64,000 nt of DNA from a virus (Duplodnaviria; Caudoviricetes). Position numbers and translations under genes: made by a program. The notes below the pieces were generated by a model. It was not told the origin of the DNA, did no database searches, and saw nothing but the letters and a program-made list of their open reading frames with translations. Of this stretch, positions 28,915 to 38,061 are shown one piece after another (within the stretch, counting starts at the first letter, position 1; every line of letters starts with the position of its first letter). The stretch covers positions 1 to 64,000 of the IMG/VR virus record IMGVR_UViG_3300028735_000004. One strand, 5' to 3'.

Positions 28915-29130
28915 ATGTCAGACAGAGATCGTATTATGTTAGAAGGTATAGTTGAAGATTTTTCAAATGGTAAATTTAAAGTAAAAATAGCAGAAGGTCA
29001 TACTGCTTTATGCACCTTATCCGGGAAAATTAGACAAAATGAAATTAAAATAATGGTAAATGATAAAGTAAGGATAGAAGTATCGCCTTATAATACAAGT
29101 ATGGGAAGAATATTAGCAAGATTGAAATGA
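28915..29130 (+). CDS. infA: Translation initiation factor IF-1
   Basis: EGIV...FKVK...LCTLSGKIRQNEIKIMVNDKVRIEVSPY...GRI; 71 aa; GGAG SD. Confidence 0.9.
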   Translation: MSDRDRIMLEGIVEDFSNGKFKVKIAEGHTALCTLSGKIRQNEIKIMVNDKVRIEVSPYNTSMGRILARLK

Positions 29131-29372
29131 TTAATCCTAAAATCAAAACATCAATCTATACTTATAATGTAATCCCTAAATATTTAGGATATCCAGTAAA
29201 ATTATACTTATCATTCGATCGATATAGTCATACATTACTTTTAAATCCACAAGACGATCAAAGTCGTGAGGCATTAATTGAATCTGGTGAAATAATTTTA
29301 GATCATATGGAATCTATAATAAATGATTTAAATGGGATGCCGGTATCTATGAATGATTTTGGCGTATTGTAG
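29127..29372 (+). CDS. Hypothetical protein
   Basis: ATGA overlap with infA. Confidence 0.55.
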   Translation: MINPKIKTSIYTYNVIPKYLGYPVKLYLSFDRYSHTLLLNPQDDQSREALIESGEIILDHMESIINDLNGMPVSMNDFGVL

Positions 29373-29455
29373 AAAAGATGCAGATAGATTGTGTGCTATT
29401 ATTTTAAATAGGCTTGAACTTATTTTCCCAGATGGCGCAGTAGTTGAGCATAACT

Positions 29456-29760
29456 ATGTTTAATAAAATAATTATTACCGCTAATACACATAATATATTT
29501 CTAAACATTATAGATGATGATTTTATAAAACAATATATTATCGAAAAACTTTTGGATATTCAATTTATGATTTTATATTATATATTATAAAGTGCTATGC
29601 TGATAAAGAAAAATTTGTCCAAAATATAATTTTATTTATGAGATGGTATGAAATTAAATATAAAATTACAATTAATGAGCAGATAAAAGAATATATTGAA
29701 ATATCATATGAGTTTGAAAAACTATTACCAAAAATACAAAAATATATAAATTTACTATAA
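29456..29760 (+). pseudogene. Frameshifted CYSxRNLNV/C-tail family gene
   Basis: Manual translation MFNKIII...IIDDDF then (-1 in an A-run) ...IIKCYADKEKFVQNIILFM...KIQKYINLL. Confidence 0.7.
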
Positions 29761-30070
29761 TGTTTAAATCAATAGAATATATTGGATATCTTAAAAAAGA
29801 AAATGCTCTTTATTTTAATCTATATAAAATAATAGATGATAATTTTGTACACTGGAGCGATAATTGCCACCGCGAAGCCCCGCCGCCGCCCATGTTAATT
29901 GTTATTCTTCCAGAAATCTTAATGTATCATACAATTTAATATTATTTATTCAATATTATCAAGAAAAATATAATTATTCTATTACAAATCAAATTTCCTG
30001 GTATAAAAAATATACTCCAGATTTTTAGCAATATCTTCCGGAAATACAAAAATATCTTAACATAATTTAA
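29760..30070 (+). pseudogene. Disrupted near-duplicate of 34476..34799
   Basis: Shares 26-, 23- and 30-nt identical blocks with 34476..34799; 1-nt frameshift in the GC tract and in-frame TAG at 30026-30028; ends KYLNII. Confidence 0.85.
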
Positions 30071-30074
30071 TCAA

Positions 30075-30392
30075 ATGTTCAAAAAAATTTATTATGATGA
30101 AGATAAAAAATGCTGCATTGTCGAAGATGATAATTTTTTTATTGAAAGCCAATTAGAACTTATTGATTGGCCAGAGGAATCTAATTTTAGAGAGCACGAA
30201 TTTATTCAAGGTATAAATTTAATATACGATATATATAAATCAAAAAATTTAAATATAGAAAAAAATATAGTATTATTTATTTTATACTACAATGATAACT
30301 ATAATTTTGGAACGCTTTCATTAAAGAAAGAATTAGATTTATTAAAAAATATATTAAATATAAATCTTGATAAGTATTTTAATTTTTTATAA
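30075..30392 (+). CDS. CYSxRNLNV-related, C-tail family protein
   Basis: DIYKSKNLNIEKNIVLFI; ends DKYFNFL. Confidence 0.7.
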   Translation: MFKKIYYDEDKKCCIVEDDNFFIESQLELIDWPEESNFREHEFIQGINLIYDIYKSKNLNIEKNIVLFILYYNDNYNFGTLSLKKELDLLKNILNINLDKYFNFL

Positions 30393-31316
30393 ATAAAACT
30401 TACTTGAATCAAATGTTTTATTTTCGTCATTAATTAAAGATGTTAAATTTTTATCTTTCCAAATATCATTAACTAACATCTTTTGACCATTAACTAAACA
30501 ATATTTATATACTAATCTAACTCCGTGGCTATAATCAGAATACATATCGTTATGGCTTGACGCATTTAATGGTTGAATTGGAGACCCTGTTAAATAAAAC
30601 CATCCATAAATTGCAACATTATTCGGATATGTATTTAGTGCAGGTGTATAAACAATATCTTTCTTTTGGCCGGCGACTAACATATCTAAATTTCTATTAG
30701 GATATTTCGCTTCTACTTTTTGATTGTGTTCTAAAAATCTTTTAGTTGTTCCCATTAAACTATCAGGCGGTATCGGTAATGGCTCCATCTTAAATGTAGA
30801 GCTGCTCCAAATTAAGTTAGACATTTTTCTGGTTGGCAACACACACTCGAAGGCATCACAAACTTTGCGCGCCGTTCCTGGAAGCAATGGAGTTCTAACG
30901 AAATCTTCATCACTACCTATAGATAAAAAGTCAGGAATAACAAAAAATTCTAATTTATTACTACCAACGATACTTTCTACTTTATATAATTTTCTCATAA
31001 AAGTAGGAATATTGCCTTTTAAAAATTCTGATAAAAATGCATCTTCTCTTGATGGAGAATTATTATTTATGATTGAATTATAAAATTGTGTCCCGGTTAA
31101 AAATGTATCTTGCCTTTCAGGAATTTGCAAATACTCAAATTCATTGTTCAATGCAATCGGCGGCGTTATAATTCTAATGTGCTCACCTTCTTCTGGTGAA
31201 ACTGATGTATCTCCTACAGGATGTTCACCTTCTTCCGGAGAAACATTTCCTTCTTGCGGCTCTGCGGGAAATTTAAATAATTTAACAAAATCACTAATTA
31301 AATCAAAAAATCTCAT
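30387..31316 (-). CDS. Conserved-looking hypothetical enzyme-like protein
   Basis: AGQKKDIV, VAIYGW, PIQPL and YSDYSHGVRLV blocks; duplicated VSPEEGEH near the N-terminus; AGGAG SD. Confidence 0.7.
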   Translation of the reverse strand: MRFFDLISDFVKLFKFPAEPQEGNVSPEEGEHPVGDTSVSPEEGEHIRIITPPIALNNEFEYLQIPERQDTFLTGTQFYNSIINNNSPSREDAFLSEFLKGNIPTFMRKLYKVESIVGSNKLEFFVIPDFLSIGSDEDFVRTPLLPGTARKVCDAFECVLPTRKMSNLIWSSSTFKMEPLPIPPDSLMGTTKRFLEHNQKVEAKYPNRNLDMLVAGQKKDIVYTPALNTYPNNVAIYGWFYLTGSPIQPLNASSHNDMYSDYSHGVRLVYKYCLVNGQKMLVNDIWKDKNLTSLINDENKTFDSSKFYL

Positions 31317-31369
31317 AATATTCTCCTTATTATTATAATTTAATACCTCGTTAGTCAGATATATTATGA

Positions 31370-33583
31370 ATGGCTGAAAAACAAAAAGGATCTAACCGAA
31401 TGAGCAATATGGAAAAATTTATAAAGTATGACGCAGTTTCATTTGATGATGTAATGTTATCACCAAAATATTCAGAAATTAAAAGCAGATCTGAAGTTGA
31501 TGTCAAAGTTAAATTATCTAAAAATATTGAAGCATCATTACCAATCGTTCCTTCTAATATGAAAACCATTGTGTCAGAAGAAATGATTGATATTTTTTAT
31601 CAGAAAAAATCATTAGTAGTAATGCATCGTTTTTGTTCTTTTGATGAACAGTTGAATATTGCAGAAAGATTTTATAAAAAATATGGAGCTGATGTTTTTA
31701 ACTATCTTGGTTTTTCAATTGGTGTAAAAGAAGAAGATTATAAGTATGTAGATGAGTTAGTTGAATTGGGGGTTAAGATTATTTTAATTGATGTTGCTCA
31801 CGGAGATCATAGTTTATGTTTAGATATGATTAAATATGTTGCTCAAAAATATCCAAATGTATTTTTGATTGCCGGTAATACTGCAACATACGAAGGAACT
31901 TATAGATTATTTGAAGCCGGCGCAGATATGGTTAAAGTTGGAATTGGTGGTGGATGCGCTGCAGAGGGAACAAGGGTATTAATGGCTAATGGAACCTATA
32001 AAAATATTGAAGATATTAAAGTAGGTGAAAAAGTTATCAATATGAATGGAAAGCCGGTAAAAGTTAAAAACATATTTAATAATGAAATTAAAAATGTAAT
32101 GAAGTTAAGAAACTCAATTTATTATGAAGATATGTTTTTTACCTCAAATCACGAATTTTATATAGGGGACTTATCATCTTCTTTAGTTGATACAGTTGGT
32201 TATGCTAAAACTTTAGATAAATTAACAAAGAGTGGTCAATCTAAATATAAATGGAAGGCTTTAAAAGATATTAATAAAGCATCTTTTTTAATGCCTAAAA
32301 ATATTGATTTTAATTTACCGGAAACATTTAATATAGAAATTCAAAAAAGATGTGGAGGAAACGGAAGATGGAAAGATGATATTAAATATAAAAAAGATGT
32401 CTCTTTAAAACCATCATATGAAGTAGGTTATTTATTTGGAACCTTTCTTGGAGATGGACACGCTTTTGTTAATACCAATGGTAGTAGTAAAATAGGTAAT
32501 GTTAGCTGGTATTTTCACAAAAATGAAACTCATATTGTAAAGAAAGTAAGTAAATATCTTAAGAAGATTTTCAATAAATCTCCCAAAATAACCGATAATA
32601 AAAATATTAAAACAATAAGATTTTATTACAAACCGCTTGCAGATTATCTTGCTACTTTTGGAAAGAAAGATAAAAAACATTTACCTGAAAATTTATTAGT
32701 AAATAATAAAAAATATCTTCAAGGTTTATTAGATGGATTAGTTGATAGTAATGGATATATTGAAGAAAATGGAAGAGTTAATTTAAGTAATACATCTAAA
32801 CAAATAATTGAACTTTTCAATATAACAAACTATCTATTAACGGGTGTATTCCCAAATAATCAAAAAACTAAAATTACTGCCGGTGGCCTTAAAAATTGTA
32901 ATATCGATAATGTTAAACAATCATACATATCAAGAATTAATACAACCGGAGCTAAACGACTTTCTAAAAATTATCAAGTATCAAAAATATTAGAAATGTC
33001 AGAAACAGATTTAGAACTTCCTACATATGACATCGAAGTAGATTGTGATACTCATAGTTTTATTGCTAATAATGCTATAGTTCATAATTCTATCTGCACT
33101 ACTCGTATGATGACCGGAAACGGCATACCAACATTATCATCTCTTGTTGATGCTAAAAAAGCCAAGGACGATTTTGAAAAAGCAACTGATAAAAAGGTAT
33201 TTATATTATCAGACGGCGGTGCAAAAAATTCTGGAGATGTTGTAAAAGCATTATGTTTTGCCGATATGGTTATGACCGGAAATCTTCTGGCTGGATCTGA
33301 TGAATGTCCTGGAGATATATTACTTGTTAATGGTGAAACATATAAAGCATATCACGGCTCGTCAACTCATCGTGGTAATAGAACGGAAGGTGTTAAAGCA
33401 ACTGTTAAAGCTAAAGGGCCAGTAAAAGATATCATCCAATCAATAGTTGAGGGGGTTCAATCTGGGTGCTCATATCAAGGCGTTAATAATCTTGTTGATT
33501 TAAAAAAATCTCCCGAGTTTGTTAAAATTACTCACGCTGGAATGATTGAGAGCGGATCTCACGATGTTATTGTGAAAGGTTGA
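31370..33583 (+). CDS. IMP dehydrogenase/GMP reductase family enzyme with an intein (no CBS domain)
   Basis: FDDVML, IDVAHG, IAGN, KVGIGGG|SICTTR and SDGG; extein 359 aa. Confidence 0.9.
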   Translation: MAEKQKGSNRMSNMEKFIKYDAVSFDDVMLSPKYSEIKSRSEVDVKVKLSKNIEASLPIVPSNMKTIVSEEMIDIFYQKKSLVVMHRFCSFDEQLNIAERFYKKYGADVFNYLGFSIGVKEEDYKYVDELVELGVKIILIDVAHGDHSLCLDMIKYVAQKYPNVFLIAGNTATYEGTYRLFEAGADMVKVGIGGGCAAEGTRVLMANGTYKNIEDIKVGEKVINMNGKPVKVKNIFNNEIKNVMKLRNSIYYEDMFFTSNHEFYIGDLSSSLVDTVGYAKTLDKLTKSGQSKYKWKALKDINKASFLMPKNIDFNLPETFNIEIQKRCGGNGRWKDDIKYKKDVSLKPSYEVGYLFGTFLGDGHAFVNTNGSSKIGNVSWYFHKNETHIVKKVSKYLKKIFNKSPKITDNKNIKTIRFYYKPLADYLATFGKKDKKHLPENLLVNNKKYLQGLLDGLVDSNGYIEENGRVNLSNTSKQIIELFNITNYLLTGVFPNNQKTKITAGGLKNCNIDNVKQSYISRINTTGAKRLSKNYQVSKILEMSETDLELPTYDIEVDCDTHSFIANNAIVHNSICTTRMMTGNGIPTLSSLVDAKKAKDDFEKATDKKVFILSDGGAKNSGDVVKALCFADMVMTGNLLAGSDECPGDILLVNGETYKAYHGSSTHRGNRTEGVKATVKAKGPVKDIIQSIVEGVQSGCSYQGVNNLVDLKKSPEFVKITHAGMIESGSHDVIVKG
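31955..33088 (+). mobile_element. Intein with LAGLIDADG endonuclease (378 aa)
   Basis: Starts CAAEGTRVLMANG, ends IVHN before Ser; FGTFLGDG and LDGLVDSNG motifs. Confidence 0.9.
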
Positions 33584-34476
33584 CAATGAATATTGATGAA
33601 CAAAATTATTTAAATCTTCTTAAACATATATTAGATAATGGTGAAGATAGGCAAGATCGAACCGGTGTTGGAACTAAAGCGGTATTTGGTAAGACATTAC
33701 GTTTCGATTTATCTAATAATACTTTGCCAATTTTAACCACAAGACGAATTTTCTTCAGGGGAATAGTAGAAGAATTATTATTTTTTATACGAGGAGAGAC
33801 TGATACTAAAAAATTAGAAGAGAAAGGTATTAATATTTGGAAAGGAAATACTTCAAGAGAATTTTTAGATAAAAGAGGATTATCTTACTTACCAGAAGGA
33901 TCTTATGGTAAGGCATACGGATATCAATGGAGAAGATTTAATGGCAATTCTCCAGGTGATGTTAATTTCTCGCCTAAAAATACAATTGGTGGAACAGATC
34001 AAATTACACAGGTATTACAAAATTTAAAAAATAATCCACAAGATAGAAGACATTTGGTGGTAGCCTGGAATCCATCACAACTGCACGAAATGGCTTTACC
34101 TCCCTGCCATTATAGTATGCAGTTCTATGTTTCAAATAATAATGAATTATTTTGTTTATTTAATATGCGCAGTGTTGATAGTTTTTTGGGATTACCATTC
34201 AATATTGCTTCATATGCATTATTAACTCATATATTTGCTAAACATTTAGGGTATAAGGCAAAAGAAGTTATTTGGGTTGGAGGAGATACTCATATATATT
34301 CCAATCATATTAATCAAATTAAAGAACAAATTCAAAGAACTCCGTATGAATTTCCTAAAATAAAAATTAAAAAAGATATTACTTCCATTGATGATATAGA
34401 AAATTTATCTTTTGAAGATTTTGAATTGGTGGGGTATAATCATCATCCTGCTATTAAGGCGGAAATGGCAATTTAA
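33580..34476 (+). CDS. thyA: Thymidylate synthase
   Basis: DRTGVGT, YGYQWR, ALPPCH, RSVDSFLGLPFNIASY and HIYSNH. Confidence 0.97.
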   Translation: MTMNIDEQNYLNLLKHILDNGEDRQDRTGVGTKAVFGKTLRFDLSNNTLPILTTRRIFFRGIVEELLFFIRGETDTKKLEEKGINIWKGNTSREFLDKRGLSYLPEGSYGKAYGYQWRRFNGNSPGDVNFSPKNTIGGTDQITQVLQNLKNNPQDRRHLVVAWNPSQLHEMALPPCHYSMQFYVSNNNELFCLFNMRSVDSFLGLPFNIASYALLTHIFAKHLGYKAKEVIWVGGDTHIYSNHINQIKEQIQRTPYEFPKIKIKKDITSIDDIENLSFEDFELVGYNHHPAIKAEMAI

Positions 34477-34799
34477 TGTTTAAATCAATAGAATATATTA
34501 AATTCTTAAAAAAAGAAAATAATGTTTATTACGATCTATATAAAATAATAGATGATGATTTTGAAGGAGAATATATTGGGGCGACCGGTCCGCCGCGCGC
34601 GGGCGGTGCGGCGGCAGCAATTATCAATTGTTATTCTTCCAGAAATCTTAATGTAGCTAAAAATTTAATATTGTTTATGCAAAATTATCAAGAAAAATAT
34701 AATTATTATATTACAGATCAAATTTACTGGTATAAAAAATATATTCCTGGATTTGAACAATATCTTCCAGAGATAGAAAAATATTTGAGTTTAATATAA
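34476..34799 (+). CDS. CYSxRNLNV/C-tail family protein with a GC-rich Gly/Ala/Pro tract
   Basis: GATGPPRAGGAAAA encoded by 34578-34618; ends KYLSLI. Confidence 0.8.
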   Translation: MFKSIEYIKFLKKENNVYYDLYKIIDDDFEGEYIGATGPPRAGGAAAAIINCYSSRNLNVAKNLILFMQNYQEKYNYYITDQIYWYKKYIPGFEQYLPEIEKYLSLI

Positions 34800-34809
34800 A
34801 GGATTTAAT

Positions 34810-35307
34810 ATGAAGCAATATACAGGTGGACACATTATTTATTTAATCGCAGCAATATCACAAAATGGAATACTTGGGGTAGATAACACTATTCCTTGGA
34901 AACATAAAGAAGATATGCAAAGATTTAAAAAATTAACCACTTCATCAACAGTGATTATGGGCCGTAAGACTTTTGAATCAATTGGAAAACCTTTGCCCAA
35001 TCGAAATAATATAGTTGTTTCTAAAAATGCTTATGAAGGAACACAACAAGCAAGTTCTTTAAAAGAAGCAATAGAATTATCAACATTTTATTCCTGCCCA
35101 AAAACATATTTAATTGGTGGCGCATCTATCTATGAAGAGGGTATGGAATACGCCGAAGAAATTGATTTAACAATAGTTCCGGAAGTCATTGATGCTTCTC
35201 AATACAAAGAAGTTGCAAAATTTCCATGGATTAACCCAACTAAATGGTTTATAAGAACAATGCATCAGAATAATCAATTGATGCATATACAATATGTTAA
35301 GATTTAG
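34810..35307 (+). CDS. folA: Dihydrofolate reductase
   Basis: IAAIS.NGILG...IPW, VIMGRKTFESIGKPLPNRNNIV and IGGASIY. Confidence 0.95.
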   Translation: MKQYTGGHIIYLIAAISQNGILGVDNTIPWKHKEDMQRFKKLTTSSTVIMGRKTFESIGKPLPNRNNIVVSKNAYEGTQQASSLKEAIELSTFYSCPKTYLIGGASIYEEGMEYAEEIDLTIVPEVIDASQYKEVAKFPWINPTKWFIRTMHQNNQLMHIQYVKI

Positions 35308-35930
35308 GATAACAAATCCATAATCTTCTATATTCTCCACCTATATTATATGTATTAGATATTTCCCAATCATATCTATAAAAATCTGCATTTAGAAGTG
35401 GTGTTTTTTGTATTTCAAAATCAAAACCAGCATTAGAAAGAAGTTTTTCTATTCTTGATTGTGAAGAAGTTGATGCAAAACCAGAAAAACTCTGATCATA
35501 TGCTTTTGTAGGATCTGGATCTGTATGACGTAAAAAATAATCTGTATCTGTATCAATACATTTAGTTTCTAAAATAAGAACATCTTTCAACACTTTACGC
35601 AAACATTTTATATGAGTTTCGTGATCTGTAAGATGATAAAGCAAACCGGTATCTAAAACAAAATCAAATTGACTAAGATTGTCGAAATTTGCATCTAAAT
35701 CTTGACAAATAAAATTAATATAAGGATGTCTTTTTTTTCCTTCTTCAATATTGGTGTATCTGGCATCAACTGATGTGATATCAGCTCCTATTAATCGAAA
35801 CATTTCGCCTAAATCACCAAAGCCACATCCCAATTCTAACATTCTTTTATTTTTAAAAAATCTTGACCAAATTTATTAATAATAAATCATATCTACTTTT
35901 GCGCCACGGAATATAATGATTATCAAACAT
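35297..35930 (-). pseudogene. Class I SAM-dependent methyltransferase with a frameshifted 5' end
   Basis: LELGCGFG motif I. The likely start MFDNHYIPWR at 35930 abuts the upstream stop and joins the 35842 frame only through two 1-nt deletions in T-runs. Confidence 0.65.
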
Positions 35931-36341
35931 TTAATACCTATATTTCTTATTATGATTTCTATATGGATATTTAGAACATAGCCAACAAATTAATGTCCCA
36001 TCTTCCTGATTAGATTGAGCCATTGGATAAAATTCATTACATTTTTTACAAATAATACCATCGCTTTTTCTATAAAGATAATCAATAAATACATCGGAAA
36101 CTTTTATTATTTTAGAACCAATAAATTTTTTTGGAACATTATAATTTTGACAATATTTTTCTGATAATAATTCAAATGATCCTTTAATTATCAAATCTAT
36201 TGGAACATATAAAACATACTTACCATCATCTATTCCTATAATTTCAAACTTTTGTTTTGAATCAAATGTTTGTTTATAATGCTCTACAATTTCATTATTG
36301 CTTATCTTACAAACGATAATGTCTCCTGGCTTATAATCCAT
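35931..36341 (-). CDS. Hypothetical protein with a C-terminal zinc ribbon
   Basis: CKKC...CWLC. Confidence 0.7.
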   Translation of the reverse strand: MDYKPGDIIVCKISNNEIVEHYKQTFDSKQKFEIIGIDDGKYVLYVPIDLIIKGSFELLSEKYCQNYNVPKKFIGSKIIKVSDVFIDYLYRKSDGIICKKCNEFYPMAQSNQEDGTLICWLCSKYPYRNHNKKYRY

Positions 36342-36363
36342 CTATATTTATATCAAAATAATA

Positions 36364-37350
36364 TTAGTTTGGATTTTCGTCCCAAGGCAAAACAAATCCA
36401 ATCGGTGCAAATAAACTTTCAAATATTAATTGACCTTTTTTAACTGATATGGCACCTACTCGTGATGCAGCTTCAGCGATCAAGAAAGCGGGCCAAACTG
36501 TATCTGGTGGTGAAACATTATATTGAACATCGACATATACATCTAAATTTTTAGATGGATCGTACGATCTGACATGTAATTCTTTTGGTTCTTTTCCATC
36601 AACCACTAAATTCCCCTCATAAGTATGATCTGGACTGGTGAATGGCGTTGGTTGATACCATTTCTTTTTATGAGAAATTGGACCCATATCAGGAGAAATA
36701 AATAACATTAATGCTAACCCAGTAGCAGTTCCAGCCTCCAAAATATAGAAACTTGGCTTTTCATCATCTTCATTTTTAAAACCAAGATATACCGCTATTG
36801 CTCCAAACCTTGAGTCTCCTAATCTTGCAGGAGTAATTAAATCTACTCTGGCTGGAACATATCCTAAATCTTCATCATATTTAAAAGCCAACTGCTCTAT
36901 TGACTGAAGTAAATGATCTTCGGGTTTAACGTCTCCGATAGCAGTTGTGATAGTCGTGGCTTCAGCATCTGTTTTGGCCACTGTAACTTTAACTAAAGGT
37001 AAATGTGCAGTAAAACTATGATGTGGATTTGATACTCTTGAATGTTTTGCTACTGCCACATAATATACAAAATTATCTTGAGGGCCGGCTTTTGGTAAAG
37101 CGGCATTTAAAGCATCAATCTCTGCTTGCGCTGGTCGTGGTAAAGTTAATATTTTTTGACAATTTTCATCATCAAAATTATTCCAAGTATTTAATATAAA
37201 ACCATCAATATGTTCTGGAGCAATAACAACTCTTGGATCAGGAAATGCTTTTTGCAATTTAGCGGCAACTTGATCATAAACTGTTTGTCCAACCAATTCT
37301 TTAACTGTTTTCATTGACATTTCTCCGTGGTTTTTACTATTGCTGGACAA
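36364..37350 (-). CDS. Hypothetical protein, weak DUF1365-like resemblance
   Basis: LITPARLG...YILEAG...KWYQPTPF; start may be 37314 (GGAG SD). Confidence 0.55.
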   Translation of the reverse strand: MSSNSKNHGEMSMKTVKELVGQTVYDQVAAKLQKAFPDPRVVIAPEHIDGFILNTWNNFDDENCQKILTLPRPAQAEIDALNAALPKAGPQDNFVYYVAVAKHSRVSNPHHSFTAHLPLVKVTVAKTDAEATTITTAIGDVKPEDHLLQSIEQLAFKYDEDLGYVPARVDLITPARLGDSRFGAIAVYLGFKNEDDEKPSFYILEAGTATGLALMLFISPDMGPISHKKKWYQPTPFTSPDHTYEGNLVVDGKEPKELHVRSYDPSKNLDVYVDVQYNVSPPDTVWPAFLIAEAASRVGAISVKKGQLIFESLFAPIGFVLPWDENPN

Positions 37351-37565
37351 CTTGTTTTAGCCGACATATCTTTATGAGAATAATAAACACATCTGTTGGT
37401 AGTTGGACAAAATCCACAATTACCTTCTGATGTGCATAATCCACAATTTACTTTAGTATCACAATATTTAACCCAATCTTCTTTAGGAGCATTAGGTCCG
37501 GGTCGTGATACAGTTGCGCAACTTGAAATTAAAATTATAGGTATTAGTGGTGCTAATTTTCTCAT
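37311..37565 (-). CDS. Lipoprotein with a PSI-like Cys-rich domain
   Basis: Signal peptide with lipobox ISSC; C-x5-C-x2-C-x5-CGFC-x5-C pattern. Confidence 0.65.
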   Translation of the reverse strand: MRKLAPLIPIILISSCATVSRPGPNAPKEDWVKYCDTKVNCGLCTSEGNCGFCPTTNRCVYYSHKDMSAKTSCPAIVKTTEKCQ

Positions 37566-37576
37566 ATGATCATTAA

Positions 37577-38035
37577 TTAAAGTTTATTATATAAATATAC
37601 TGTAATACCATTTTGAATTAATTCTTTTTCTATCATATCGGCTAATTCAGGAATTTCCTCAATAGATGAAGAAGAAAAATGCAAACTTCCTTTATAATTC
37701 TTAGATAATGCTGATAATTTTTTAATGCATTTTTCTAATGCCGCACTATCAACTTTATCTTCATCGTTTTTACAGAGCCCATAAACAACCCATAAATCAC
37801 TCATAAGGGCGCTATCTGAGATTTCTCCTAATTTAAAATTAGTAAAAGATTGGGACCATAATTTAAAATCTTCTTTAACTTTTGGCCATTTTTTAGATAA
37901 TGATATATCTAATTTTTTATCAAATTTTTTATTTGAAGAACAAGGAATAAAAACCATTCTCAAACCAACAAACTCTGGCATTAAAATGGTTTCATCTTTT
38001 ATTTTTAATCTACCTGGTTGTACAAATTTATTCAT
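37577..38035 (-). CDS. Divergent macro-domain-like protein
   Basis: ALEKCIKKL...SLHF...IEKELIQNGITVYLY resembles the Poa1p-like macro C-terminus; Gly loops are degenerate. Confidence 0.45.
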   Translation of the reverse strand: MNKFVQPGRLKIKDETILMPEFVGLRMVFIPCSSNKKFDKKLDISLSKKWPKVKEDFKLWSQSFTNFKLGEISDSALMSDLWVVYGLCKNDEDKVDSAALEKCIKKLSALSKNYKGSLHFSSSSIEEIPELADMIEKELIQNGITVYLYNKL

Positions 38036-38061
38036 TTTTACCTCAAAGTATATATAACAAA

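Noticed and set aside
30026-30028. TAG or TAA stop-codon reassignment
   Set aside because: TAG terminates normal genes (94..576, 6264..7367) and kilobase-long core ORFs translate cleanly in code 11. In-frame stops occur only in genes that also carry frameshifts.
29760-34799. Diversity-generating retroelement (TR/VR pair)
   Set aside because: No reverse transcriptase in the window; the differences are not confined to adenines of one copy; the variable part is mid-gene, differs in length and is not made of NNY codons.
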